Assembly: GCF_052425735.1 (NCBI RefSeq)
Contig: NC_135766.1
Span: forward strand, 9,362,001-9,426,000
Reading direction: 5' to 3'
Length of the DNA stretch: 64,000 nt
DNA from: Oculina patagonica
Taxonomy: Eukaryota
In this document: positions 35,786-48,539 of the stretch, piece by piece
Numbering within the stretch: the first letter of the stretch is position 1
Layout of the letters: each line of letters begins with the position of its first letter
Position numbers and translations under genes: made by a program
Notes under the pieces: generated by a model
The model's input: the letters and a program-made list of their open reading frames with translations, nothing else
Database searches by the model: none
What the model was told of the DNA's origin: nothing

Positions 35786-37379
35786 TGGTTTACTGGTTTT
35801 GGATTTCAGGCCATCGGGAATGTTGACCTCTACATTTTTTGTTACCATTAATTTGTTTTCGCATTCTGCAGATCTTGGTAGAACATGTCAAATATCGGTT
35901 ACAGATTCCGTTGGTATTTCCGTTTTATTTTTGTACTAGAAAAACCCGGATCAGATTCTGTTAAGTGCATCTGTCACAGAAAACCGACCATCTATGTATG
36001 GAGGTTATGAAATTCGAAATCCTTGATTCCCACTATTTTTTGTGGAATGATAGCATTACATGTGCCGATCACAATGAGCATAAAAGTTTGACTAGCTGCT
36101 TTTAATAAGCCAAGAAATTGGGCAGCCTTTTTTCCGTGATCCGAGGACAAAATTTTATCTTCAAAAATAACAAAAATAATGCATATTTTATTATTTATTT
36201 TCATGAAGAAATAAAAAGAAGGCATCCTTCTTTGGCAATATATGGAAAGGGGGTGGTATATGCTCTTAGGCAATATCATTAAAATTGCCTGCCATATCAA
36301 GGTAAAATATTCAGGGGTGGTTAAAAGTGAAGTTCTATTTTAATTGTCAGACACCAGCATATTTTCACTTTTTTTTAAAATGCCACTTCTCCATGCTCCA
36401 GCAGTTTTGGGCTTCTATTCATATATGGATGTAAAGAAGATGGCCCCAGCTTTAAAAAGCTGTGAAGAACTTATTGGGCAATTGCATATTATGGATCTCA
36501 CGCGCTGCTTCTTCTACCTCTATTTTGTAAAAAAAATGGGTATTTTTAATGTTTTAGCAACTTGTTGTCGGTCGGAGAAGTTTTAAATGAGATTTAAAAA
36601 ACCATAACGTTTGACAAGACATTTACTGTCACAATCACACTGTTTCATCATTTCTCTTACTTTTTTTGCAAATAACGTTGAAAACCTGAGTGTTTTGAAT
36701 TGATAAGGCGAGGGGGAGGGGGTGGGGAGGGCAGGCAGAAAGAGCCTCCTATTTACTATCAAAAGTAATTAAGCTATTGCGTAGAAACTTTTTTGGAGTG
36801 CTAAGCGCCCTAAACCTCGTAGGTTGATCGTGGTAACGTTTTAGCAGTGACGTCATATAACGTCAAAATGACGTCATCAACCTCAAAATCTTCACTTTCA
36901 AAATTTAAGATTGTTAGAAAATATATAGAAATTTGCAAAAATGAATAAAAAATGAAAAATAAGTTTTACGTACAAAAAGTCTGAAATAGTTTTAAAAGAA
37001 ACTGAAATTAATTTTTAGAATCTTTTGAAGGCGAAAATTAAACCATGAGGGTATGATTGATATGGTGGGGTCAATTTGCGGAAATGTGTTAATGTTTTGG
37101 TCATACTACGTATCTAAAACACTGGACTATTGGAAAATTGAAAAACAATCTGAATAATGGCGAAAATTGACGTCAGCGAGCACAATATGCAACTTTGCTG
37201 TCGCCATCGTGCATGTCTTAAATAGTACGTACCTAGCTGAACTAAACTCTAAGCTTCTTAGACAGAATGTGGCCAAAATAGTCCAACATCATAGTACTCC
37301 ATTCCATGTTACTTCCTATTGCAAGTACAACAACTTAAAACATTTGTTAAAGCATTCTTGTATGGGGCTTTACGACGCT

Positions 37380-40300
37380 TAAAGTTCTCAGTGTCTATGT
37401 CAAGTAAGTCGCAGATGTCTTTCAGATCAGCAATACTGAATTTCTTTTCTAGTTTCCCATCTGCAGCTAGCTTGCACAGGTTGTAGGACTTGTAGGTGAT
37501 GGGATGCTCTAATTGCAGGCTGCCAAAAACAACCTTCTTTCTACGTGTAATGTCCTCTTCGCGTTATTCCTGCATCTGCTCTTCATCCAAAAATTCTTCT
37601 ACTTCCTCCAGACTGGCAGCTGCGTTTAAAGAACCGTGTTTCTTTTTTGCTGTTGCAAGACGGGAAAAGTATGATGCAATCTGTTGAGAACTGAGACAGT
37701 CACTTCCAACAAATAGACGATTACCCTTAACGTCTCGTTCTCTGCGCATTTCCCGAGCAACTTGAGTTGGCGATGCCTTATTTCCTGTTTCCTCGCCAAT
37801 AAGGAATCTGTCATTAAGATACGCTTTAACGGTTTCAGAAAACCGGGAAGACTTGTGTGTTTTTAATGCCCATCCCATGGTAATATTGTTGACCCCCTGT
37901 CCACTCTGCTCAGACTCACATGAAAAGTAAGCGGCGAAAAGTGGCTTTGACAGTTCGTCATTTATCATATCAGCTCCGCTGGAACGGCATGTTTCTTAAA
38001 AGGCCTGTAGTACCTTAACCTTTGGAATTTCAATTGATGGCATATCGTCTTGTAACATGCGTTCTCCTTTTCCAATGTCAAACGCCTTCCAAAAGCGCAT
38101 GCCACCTTCTTCGTAACGAATGTTGTGAATCTGACTAATTCCTTTTATTTTCACGTTTTTTCACGTCAATTTGGCTGGATCGCTGTGGCATTTCTGCGAC
38201 GCTCACTCGGCATCCCTTCACTCCACCATTACTTTCCAGGGCCTTTTTTAGATCACGCACTGTCAGAATGTCGGTCTTCGTCTCTGCCACAAAGCGTCTT
38301 GCATGTTGCTTCATTGTCGCTGTCTTTCGATCGCATATATCTTTGCCATGTTGAGCTTCGCTGAAATCATAGCCAATGACTCTGATGCCAGTTTCATGAC
38401 CAATACTGGGGAGGCTTGTCAAAAGATATCCCCCGTGATAACAACCGGCGTTGTCTGATCTTAGATAAACTCCTGTTAGCTCCGGATACAGCTCTTTAAG
38501 TGTAAAGAGCGTGTTCTGGGTAATTGAAGCCACTGTGATCTGGTTCTGATCGCAACTGTCGTAGACATGGACAAAAACGTCTACTGATAATGAGCATTCT
38601 TGTGTTTTTCGTATCACTGCTGTGACATGCCAGTTGATACCACGCTTTCCATAGAACTCAGCTGATTTTTCCCTGAAGTGCAGTGGCAAAACTTTCATCG
38701 CCCAATCTTCCACCAAAAGGGCTTCAGTAGGTTTATCTAATCAAGGACCTCCTGCTTTCCCTCCTCTTGATTCACACTTCTCAAAATGTGAGCTTTCCAT
38801 TGTTCTATCTTGTCTTTACTGTCATCCAGCAGGAAACGAAGATCACATATGTCGTCACTAGCCATGGTGCACTGCTCAGAGATCTTTCCTATTTCCTCCT
38901 CTAACGACAAAAATAGATCACGTAGTTCCTGGCACCTATCACACTCGAGTAAGTGGCTATGTGTACAGCTCTGCTTCAATTGTTCTTTCTTAGGGTCGTT
39001 TAGTGCAAAGAATCGACAATGGTCAGGAGACACAGAAATTGTCGCTTGTTGAATCGTTCACGACATGTGTGCTGTAGTCCTGCTTAAGGTAACGTTTGCA
39101 AGATAGGGCCAATGATCGCAGCCTGTCAGCCTTACTATCGGGCATTCCTCCGTCATAGAGCTTGCTGATAACTTCTTCTAAATTTTCAAATGCCTCTGAT
39201 CCGTCCGCAGTGTAGTTGTCCAGACCTTGAAGAGATTTTCTTGTCGATGCGGGGCAGACTTCCAAATCTCTGAACAAAGTTCAGTTGAACTGCACTGCAT
39301 TTATATCTAATCTTTGTTTATTTCTGAAGGTGTGAGGTATGTCTGCGAGGCCAGTTGATAAAACTCCTCGTCCTGACGAGTCCCTCAAAATGGCTGCAAA
39401 CATGAAGATCTTCGTAATTGGGCAAGTTTACACAGCTGTAAATATTTCATTAAGACGATAACAAAAGGTTTTTTCGATAGGAACATTTTCTATTACATCT
39501 ATTTTTCGGCTGCGTTGGTTTGATTGAAGTAGACCGCCTCACTTTTTCAAAAATAAAGTTTGAATCTGAGCCGTTTTCAAGTGTTTCATCAAGGTGTGTG
39601 ATAGGGGTGTCATTAATGTTTTGCTGCTAGCTTGATTCGAGCTCAATGTTCGTAAAAGTTGGTGTGATAAATTAAAAAGACATAATTTAACAGGCTGTAG
39701 TGTTGGTACAGAAGTTGTTAGTTCTTTTTTAATTAATTTTCAAAGTTGTGGTAAATTTAAGCCTTGACAGTGGTCGTTACAAGTGCTCGTTCGGGTGAAC
39801 CGAAAATCTTTAAAAACTCGAAAAAAATTAATGATCCGGTCAAGTGAATTGTGTTTTTAGTATAAGTACATGAAAGTCTTGCAACACACTAGAAAAGAGC
39901 GAAATCTATTTAACAAGCCAGATCGGGCAGACCACTATTACAGATACAGCCTCTTAAAAAGTGGTCAACTTTGTTTTCACTGAGGTAGAACCTGTGAATT
40001 GGAGCTGTAGGCACTGCAATGCCTGGTCCATGTTCTTTACAATGCTTTCTAGCCTCCTTTATACGGAAATCTGTCAAACCAGGAATAAAGTCTTTCAATT
40101 GCTTTCTTGTAAAATTTTGGGCAAATATTGACAGAATTTCTTTTCTCGATTTTGAAGACTGTGCATTGTTATAGGCATCAATGAGATTCCGTAAAGTGCT
40201 GTCCGAGAGGGTGTTAAGAGAAAGTTCTTCATCTTCATCGTCGTTATCGTTGTTGCCAAGACCCATAATTGAACTGTTTTTCAAGTAATTCCAAAGCTCT

Positions 40301-42472
40301 TCACCTTGGCCAGGGGCAATTGATTCCAAAACTGGTCTTACTCCTTGTTTAGCGAACGATGCATAATGATGTTGAGTACGAGGGTGCAAATCGTTCCACT
40401 CTTTCATAAGAACAGAATCCAGATGTCTAAATGGCTCACTTATCCCAGTCGCTTCATGTAATTTGTACACATACTGGTTGTAGGCTGTTTTTGCAGTGGC
40501 TGGTGTAAGTGGTTGTTTGTAATCTTCATCGCTTATTAAAGAATTTTCCATACCAGTCGGGCTGCTTAACACTTCAGGTGGAATAGGAAACCTTTTACGG
40601 GTGTGATGCTTTTAGCTGCAATATTCTCTGAAGATGGCTGCTGTGAAGACTGAAATTGTTTCAGATAACAAGCGTGCTTTTCCCGACACTGACGGCACAC
40701 ACCTATGATATGTATACAAATTACGGGTATAAGATTCATCTTTCACATAAACGGATATATGTTTAAGTTCGTTGACCAAAAACATAAGGGTGGCGGTACA
40801 TGCGTTGTTGACGCTTCCTTTAATTCGGCGAATGATCATGATAGCACACTCTCAATCTAACCTAAATCTACCTTCCCAAAGATCAGAGAAGAAACTGTAT
40901 AACATCTCCTTTCCTCCATGCAGAATGTCAAGCTAGCATTAAAAAAATGCCAGATTGTGAAGAAAATTCGACGATATTGATCTTTTCTACTATGTGATCT
41001 TTTCTACCATGTGGTCTTATGTTTGATCCCAGTCCCCTAACAGATAACACAACACGCCTCAACATTGATAAAAGCAGAAATGTTTATACATAGTTAGGGA
41101 CCCTATTCCCCTTACAAACTCGACACCACCTACTGGCAACTACCGTCATAGCATACAATTATAAAAAAGTAGTACCCCCCCCCCCCTCCTGCACCTAACC
41201 CCAACCCCCTAAAGTGTGTGAAGAATGTATATAGGTGAATAAAGAAGTTTAGGGAGAGAGCGCGTGTAGTGAGCGAACTGACAATAAATCAGTGCCTGGC
41301 AAAAAAGAGACATTATTTTGTTCTGCTTTCCCCTGCGTTGCTGGCCCGGGGGTGGGGGGGGGGGGGACTCCCATATCAAAGAGACTGGGATGCTCGTCGT
41401 CTCGCCTGCGGGTGTAAATTTCGGATTTTGGACTCTTAGTTTAAAAATATTTTTAAAAAAGGTATCTTTTAGGGGTCAAAGAAGCGTGAGTAACGCCCAG
41501 ATTGGTCTCCTTTCGGGGTTTAATTCAAAATTTCCGAGGAGCATCCCTGTCTGTTTGATATGGGAGTTTCCCCCCCCCCCCCCGGGGGGTTGCTGGTTTA
41601 CCGTATGCAACTTTCGGGCACGGTGGCACGAGGCGAGTTGTCTTGCAACTTGTCTCGCTGCGATAGATTACACGCAAAAATAACTTCCGTGACACCCACT
41701 CAAATAGACATATTTCGGTATACGATGTAGCAAGCCTTGCACGAAAGGAATCAAAGCCTCTTTTGATAACGAGCAACAACGCTGTAACACCTTACACGAG
41801 TTTGTAACGCCTCCTGGAACTTGTCGCAAAGGCGCAACAAAAATGCGAGACATGTTGCATGAAACATTGGCAAGTGTAACGGCGCCGAACAAATATACAC
41901 AGATTAATTACAAGATACTACTTGAAACACTTACGGGATCCAATAATACAGTGTAAACCACACATTAACATGATTTCTTTCGCTATATCCGGTGTGATGT
42001 ATCTATCAGGAATTGAAACCTTTCGTTTCTGAGTACTTTGAGTATGTTCGGGATGACAGCAAGCGGTTGAAGGTCTCCAGTGCTTGGCAAGCTCAAAGCG
42101 ATGTGCCGAACATATTGTCAAGACATTTTTTTGTTCATCATTTACATCTTGAATGCCTAAAAAAATATCAAGTATGTCTAATTTAATTTTTGTTCAGGGT
42201 TCAGTTCTAGGAATAAAATAGTCTAAAACTTTAATATTAGGTAATTTGTAAATAGTGATGTTTAATTTATGAGAAGTTCAAGTGCAAAAGTAAGGCAATT
42301 CAGTCGGCTTGTTACGTTTAAAACGGTTACCTGCTCTGTTTAGAAGTAAATCTTTTTCCTGAATTTTCCATGTTTCAAGTTGAGCTGTCATAGTCTCCAG
42401 CGAAGTCAGCACAAGGAATTGAGCTTGCCGCTCGCGCAAATGAACAAAACATCTTTTCTTTCCTGCATTCAC
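37380..42472 (-). pseudogene. Sola3-like DDD transposase, fragmented
   Basis: Pieces in order: EKDLLLNRAG; TICSAHRFEL..WRPS..CCHPEH; KEILSIFA..IPGLT.FRIKEARKH..GPG; CPASTRKSLQGLDNY; DHCRFFALND..C.H.H...CDRC; EDWAMKVLPLHFREK..FYGKRGINWH; YLRSDNAGCYH; FSEAQHGKDICDR; GWALK..GEETGNKASP..QIASYFSR. Several frameshifts. Confidence 0.8.
41345..41586. mobile_element. CCCGGG-terminated MITE
   Basis: CCCGGG..poly-G..ACTCCCATATCAAA / TTTGATATGGGAGT..poly-C..CCCGGG; TSD of about 10 bp GCGTTGCTGG / GGGTTGCTGG. Confidence 0.8.
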
Positions 42473-44619
42473 CGTTAAATCGTTGAAAAATATATAGATC
42501 TAAGAAACTTCTTGTGCATATGCTACCTTTCTGTTAGAAAATAACTAACAAACGGATTCAAATAACATTTCCCTTTTATCAATCGTAAAATTTAGCTGCG
42601 AAACGCAAAAGTTCAGCCAATGAGAGGTCTTGTTCCCACGCTTTACAACCGCGGCTCACGCGCCGTAATTATATCAATAACTATGTAAACCGCTTAAGGA
42701 AGATTGTTACATTCCTAGATCTATCCTTAGTACATATGCACAAAATACCGAAAAAGAGCTGAAAATTGTAAAGGATTAATTGAAGGCCGCAGGCATAAAT
42801 TTCGTGAGGTGAGGTGTCTGTTGAATATTGACTTTATAATTTCGTCGTTTATAAACCCTTTTGAAGACTTTGAATGACACATCCTTGAACGTGCGAAGGA
42901 GGAACGCTTATAAAAGTATTGCTAAATAATAAAATAATGTTACTCATCTTTAGGCCTGAATACTCATTATAACGAAATAAATATATTCCACACGAATGAA
43001 ACAAACACCGTTTTCTTTAGTGTCACGCAACGCGAAGCTGGCTGAATAGTCTAAAAGTACTTATGAAAAATTCCTAGGAAACAAAATTGCCCGAGCATTT
43101 TTCTTTTTTATCTTAAAATATAGCTCCTTATCTTTGTCTCGGAGCATTCGTTTGATTAATAGAACGCTGGAATGCATAATTAAAGGATTTTAAAAAAACA
43201 CCACTTTTAAGGCAAAAAACACCGACCAACTAGGACACGTTATTCACGAAGGTTATGAAAATGAAATTCCTCAGATACAAAATAAATTCTTACATAGTCT
43301 TATTCAGTTTGCATTATTCTTCACTGCTATTAACTTTATTTTGATTCCTTGCGTCTTGGAGTTGTAAAAAAAATGTTTAAAAATTGTCAATATTTGCTTT
43401 TTTGAAGGCGATAAATCGCCTACAGTTTAGGCTTGACCTTTGACCTTCACTTTTTTTGTCATATAAAGGTCTGACAAATTTTAAACTGTGTCACGTTAAT
43501 GGCCATAAGAAGTACTTCAACCACACCAACTTTCGTCGAAATCGGTTATTTTAATTTTCACGGCTCTGGTAAGCTCACTGTGACAGATGCACTTAAATAT
43601 AACAATGGTGAACAGCTGCGTAATTTAATGAAGGTTTTTAGTTTTTCGCAAATTTACATACCTTTCTTTCGCTAAGTGAACAGCGGTTTGTTCCTTTAGC
43701 TTTTTTACGACAGAAGAAGAGGGGAGCTTTTTAGATTCATGTGCATGGATTTAAAGCGTTTAAAAATGTTCTATAAACTGAAGCATTTGCGTGTTCCTCA
43801 GTTCTGACAGTTGGATACTTATTTATATTTATTTTACATTGTGATGACCGGATTTTAACGACATGACTTCGCTCAGCCCCGTCACTGATATTATACACTG
43901 TAGTGATTTGTGCTGGGGCTAAAGAAAGAACAAATGCGATTGCAACTATTTAGCGGGTCAGGGTAAATGAGTCGCTTCGCAAAGAGAGGAAAAGTCCGAA
44001 AAGCCAACCAAGGACGTTTTTTTGCGATAAGAACGTCTGATTGTCGAGCTAAAGCCGAATTAAGACTGAATGTCTTTTTTTTTGATGATTTGAGCCTGAA
44101 AACGTCCTTAGAATGTTATTTAGTTCTATAACGTTTTGATGTTTTATTTATTTTTTTTTCATTTAACCAAAAAAATGGAAATAATGCGATAGAAGGATCC
44201 GAAGGGATATCTTTTATATTCCTGATTTCCAACACGGTATGGAATTAATATGGTTAATTGCCTCCTATGCAGCGATAGAACTGCAAGCCATCTGACACAC
44301 GATAATACCAGTTTCAAGTTCAAATAAAGTTAATCGATGTCTCGTGCTTCGGTCTGAGTACATTCCATGATCCCAGGGAGATCTTTTATGTTCCCTGCAT
44401 GCAGTGGCGGATTTTCATCTCAAGTGATGACACGGTCAATAGTATAGGTTGGCTCAAGCTCCACTGTAGGCTGCATAGTAGAAATGAAAACTCTCACGAG
44501 GGGCTGTTTTCTTCTATAAATTTCTCTTTTGTTGCCTTACCGACCTTTTGAAAGGGTTGTAGGGTTATAGGTGTTCTCCATCGCAGCGGAAAAATCACAT
44601 TGATTCAAAGCTTGTTACC

Positions 44620-44772
44620 TAGCCTGCGTGGCAGGCGTCGTTAGTTTCTAGCGCGCGTATGGGAGAAACGCGAAAGGCGCGAGAGGGTTTTTTTTTCCTC
44701 GCGCGGCCTTCTCGCGATCGCGCACTCTTTTCCGCGCGCTAAAAACTACACAGACGCCTGCTACGCAGGCTA
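44620..44772. mobile_element. AcademH-type MITE (153 bp)
   Basis: TIRs TAGCCTGCGTGGCAGGCGTC / GACGCCTGCTACGCAGGCTA; perfect 9-bp TSD CTTGTTACC. Confidence 0.85.
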
Positions 44773-46333
44773 CTTGTTACCTGAAAGCATTATTTAATTC
44801 TATAAACTTTAATTGCAATCGTTGCAAATTAAAGTATCTGTCATAAAACAAACGTTTTTTCTAGCCTCGGGCAAAAATGCAAAGTTCAATCAAGTTGAAT
44901 ATCAATTACTTTCGAGTCATTAATTCACAGTTTCTTTCAGGTATTTGGCGGAATAAAGACAAAACCAACTTCATTGATCAATAAATAAGACTTACTTCTT
45001 CCCATTCGTGTACTTATCTGCAAACTTTGAGACCTTTAAAAAATATTTTAATTTTTTTGTCACGCCGAGGAGGGTCTTAAAGGTTACAATTAAACAACGA
45101 GGAATGGGATGGATGGGCCGGAAAAATAATGGAAAGTTGTCTGTTCTGTTTTTGTTTCATGCAAAGGAAAGGGTTAGGCCAGGAAAAGCTATGCAATATT
45201 AAAGATGAGGTGGATTATGTGAAAACATGTTTTTATCCGATCACGAACGAAGTGTTCGTAACTCTATTTGACGTGATATGTCTTTCCTGAGGTTTCCTCC
45301 CACTTAGTGGAAAAAGCGATAACTCGCTAAAAGCGCTCAGCAAAGTAAGCAAAGACACAGCAATAAATACACCATGAAAGTAAGGTAAGGCATATTTATT
45401 GGAATTTTCGAGTATCGCTGTTTCGTAAAGCATATCGTAATTATTCCTAAACAAAATTTATATCTTTGACTTTGGCACCTATTGCGCAAAATACGATCTT
45501 CGCTGGCTCAATCGCAAACAGAGCTTAAACTGTCTGTGAAACAACTGACCCATTCTTGCATAATTTGGACAACAAGAGTAGCATTCTAGCGCCGCATCTA
45601 ACACAACGCCGAGTAAAATCAAGTACTTCTTGCTGCCGGATCTCTTTTTGTAAAAATGCTCGTTCCAGACGTCACTGTAACGTGTAGAAAAAAACTAATT
45701 AAAATGCATGACTGTCACCACGGCAAAGGACATTCTTAATGGCCCAATATTTTACCTTTACAACTTGTCTTCTTCAGGGTAATTGCTATAATGAAAGAAA
45801 TAACGGTTTTAAAATTTAAACTTACAACGTAAACAATAGTGGTTAATGGTAAACTAGTATAAACAAGAAGCTTGAGAAGCTTGAGAAGCTTAAAATCGGG
45901 CGCTTAATAATTAGCTATCTGTTTTGACTTGAAAAGCAGGGTACAGTACAGTAAAAATCACTGGAAAAACAGTCACTTAAACCTATTCAGGCCGGGAGGT
46001 GGGGGGGGGGGGGAGCTTTTGAGGCCCGCGCTGACTTTGGACGCTTATAACTTTTTCAAGATTCAACCAAACGCTGCCAAACTTTGCGCGTTTATCTAAA
46101 ATTTATCTCGCAATAATCTGGTAGGATTAGTTATTGTGCCAGTAACTTGTAATCACCATGGCAACGTCATTTTGACAGGCTTGTTTTCCCAAATTTGAAT
46201 TTTTCGTGTTTCTATTTAATAATGAAAATCTGGAATGTTTTCAAAATTGCATTATTACTTAGGGCCTGTTTACAAGCAGGTAGGGTAACCCTAGGTGCTA
46301 GGGTTACCCTAGCAAGAGGGTTAGAAGATAGCC

Positions 46334-48539
46334 TAGCCTGCGAGCAGGCTCCCGATGATGTTTTCGGTGAGCGGAGCGAGCCGAGTTATGAGTCGGGTCG
46401 GGACTCAAAATCGGGGGAGCCTGCGGACAAAGCTTTTTTGCCGCCGTTCCGTGCACGAGATTCTAGTGCAACATCTGATTGGTCGAATCACTGACTGTTG
46501 ACAGGTCTTATCAACATATCTCAATTTGCCGACACCGTAAATATACACGGACGCGATGGAATGCGGCTTATTATGAAGTGAAAACATGGCGTCTTTGCGA
46601 ATTACGAACGATCTCTTTGAACGTGCGTTGGACGATTCTTTAAAAGATTTCGTCCACATACGACAGATTAAAGAACTAAACCATATAGTGGCATATACAA
46701 AACGCAAAACAGTCAGCAGGACTTGCGCGTAAAGTTTTCAAATTTATATTTGAATCATGTGGTGCCAACATTACGCAACGAACAAAGGAGGTTAAAAATC
46801 CAAAAAATCGAGCTTGAAATACAGAGCGCTCGATCAAATAATGCAAGAAGCATAGCCTTTACAACACAGAATGTCTCTCTGAAACCAACTTTCAGCTTTT
46901 TCACAGTAAAGCTGAAACAGTCTCTGGCTAAGCCGGACAAAAGATAAATCCGTGATAAGACAATACATCTTGCAACAGTATTGATTAAAATGCCGGGCCC
47001 GGCGTCAATAAAATGCAAGTAGTTTACATTTTCACGGAACATTTCAGATCTTGTCCTTCCAGGGCGAACATTTTGAGAGCCTAAAGCATATCTTGCAAAT
47101 AGAATTGAGCCAAAACAAACTGAACTAGCACAACATGTGGCAGAGTACAGATTTAGAGGTGTCATTCAACTCTACAAACGGAAACCACGCAGCGCGGACT
47201 AATGACCTCTAGACACTTAATGGTCACAATCTTACGGCTCTATTCAATACATAAAGCCTCCAAATAATAACAGTACCCTCAGAAAGAAGTCAGAAGCAAA
47301 AAAGGTCGAAAGACCGAACTCAACATAAAACGGCAAAGGTTACAAATGTCACGGACGTAGGAGTCGTGTAGGCCCGTCACCTTTATTTACCATTGCATAA
47401 TTTGTAACTTGTTTCATAGTCTGCTTAGTGCTTTCTACACAAATATGAGGCTTCATGGACTCCAGACTACACAGTGCCTTCGCAGCAGCGGGGAAATTTC
47501 TCATTGCAAAGTTTTTAATCGCCTTCTTCTCTTTGGCATCCTTGCATTCAAACTCCACCACCTTTCCACTTTGAGGATACCCAATAAAGATCTAGGAGAA
47601 AAAAATCGGAATTTCAACGTTGAAATTTAACTGAATAATGTACAGTACCATGTTACGAAAGTGTCGCGGCAAAAATCACATTAGAGCGTGTTTTAAGTTG
47701 ATTAACTAACCTTGACAACTGTTTCGCTTTTTCCTTGTGGAATATTCATTGAAGCCTGCATTTGTTCCTCAACTGTAAGGGGGACTTCAATGCTATCCTC
47801 GCTTGTTTCATCCGTAAAAGCTAGTGTCCTGCGCTAAGTTTTAATAGCGGAAACACTATCTCTATTTCGCTTTGCCGAAGGTGTAACACCGGCCGGCGAA
47901 CGAAACTCCACCGATCGTTTTGTACTCGTTGTATTTCTTTCGGGAGATCCGCCAGCGATTGATGAGTCAGGCGAAGGGTCTTTCACACTTAAAGACGGTT
48001 CACTGCATCGGCTTGTGAAGACGGAAACTGAATGAGAGAGGCGAACAGCTTGTCGAGCACACGGCATGCAACAAAGAACTGAAAACCTCTCTTTCTTTTC
48101 TACTTGTAATCCAAGGATTTCCAAGGCCTCTGCCACGACGACGCTATCTTGTCCGGGGACAACAAGAAGTTCCTTATTTTTAGAAACATCGAAAACCGGC
48201 ACAGAATTTACCCTTTTTGAACTGCTCAAAGACTTTTTACAAAAGCGGCAATGAGGATCGCTCCGATCCATATTGGAGAAAAGCGCGGTTTTTTCCCGCG
48301 AGCTGTCATTTTCAAGTACGCTCTAATTACATTCCAATGCATCTAGGCGGAGAAGGTGGAGTTGATGACACGTTGTCGACAGATTAGTGACAGATGATGA
48401 CAGGTTTATAAAAAGGGGCGGAATGGCTGCCTCCATTCTTTGTCAACAGGCTCTCTCTCCCAGCCCCCCCCCCCCCCTCCGCTCTTCCTTTTTTCTTTTT
48501 TTCGCCCCCTCCCCGACCGGAGAGCCTGTTCACAGGCTA
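46334..48539. mobile_element. AcademH-like DNA transposon, internally deleted
   Basis: TIRs TAGCCTGCGAGCAGGCTC / GAGCCTGTTCACAGGCTA; perfect 9-bp TSD AAGATAGCC (46325-33, 48540-48); ORF starts point inward from both ends. Confidence 0.8.
47390..48271 (-). pseudogene. Transposon protein N-terminus with a CxxC...CxxC zinc-binding motif; exons 48271-47711 and 47591 to about 47390
   Basis: HCRFCKK...LCCMPCAR; in-frame TAG at 47834; SETVVK|IFIGYP splice junction through GT-AG. Confidence 0.6.

Larger units (their letters stand above)
35965..43592 (-). mobile_element. Sola3-like DNA transposon (7.6 kb) with 15-bp TIRs
   Basis: TTAA-GTGCATCTGTCACAG ... CTGTGACAGATGCAC-TTAA; encloses a decayed multi-exon transposase. 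Confidence 0.8.

Noticed and set aside
46723-47165. Overlapping ORFs in the AcademH filler
   Set aside because: No recognisable motif in a consistent order; cannot be assigned.
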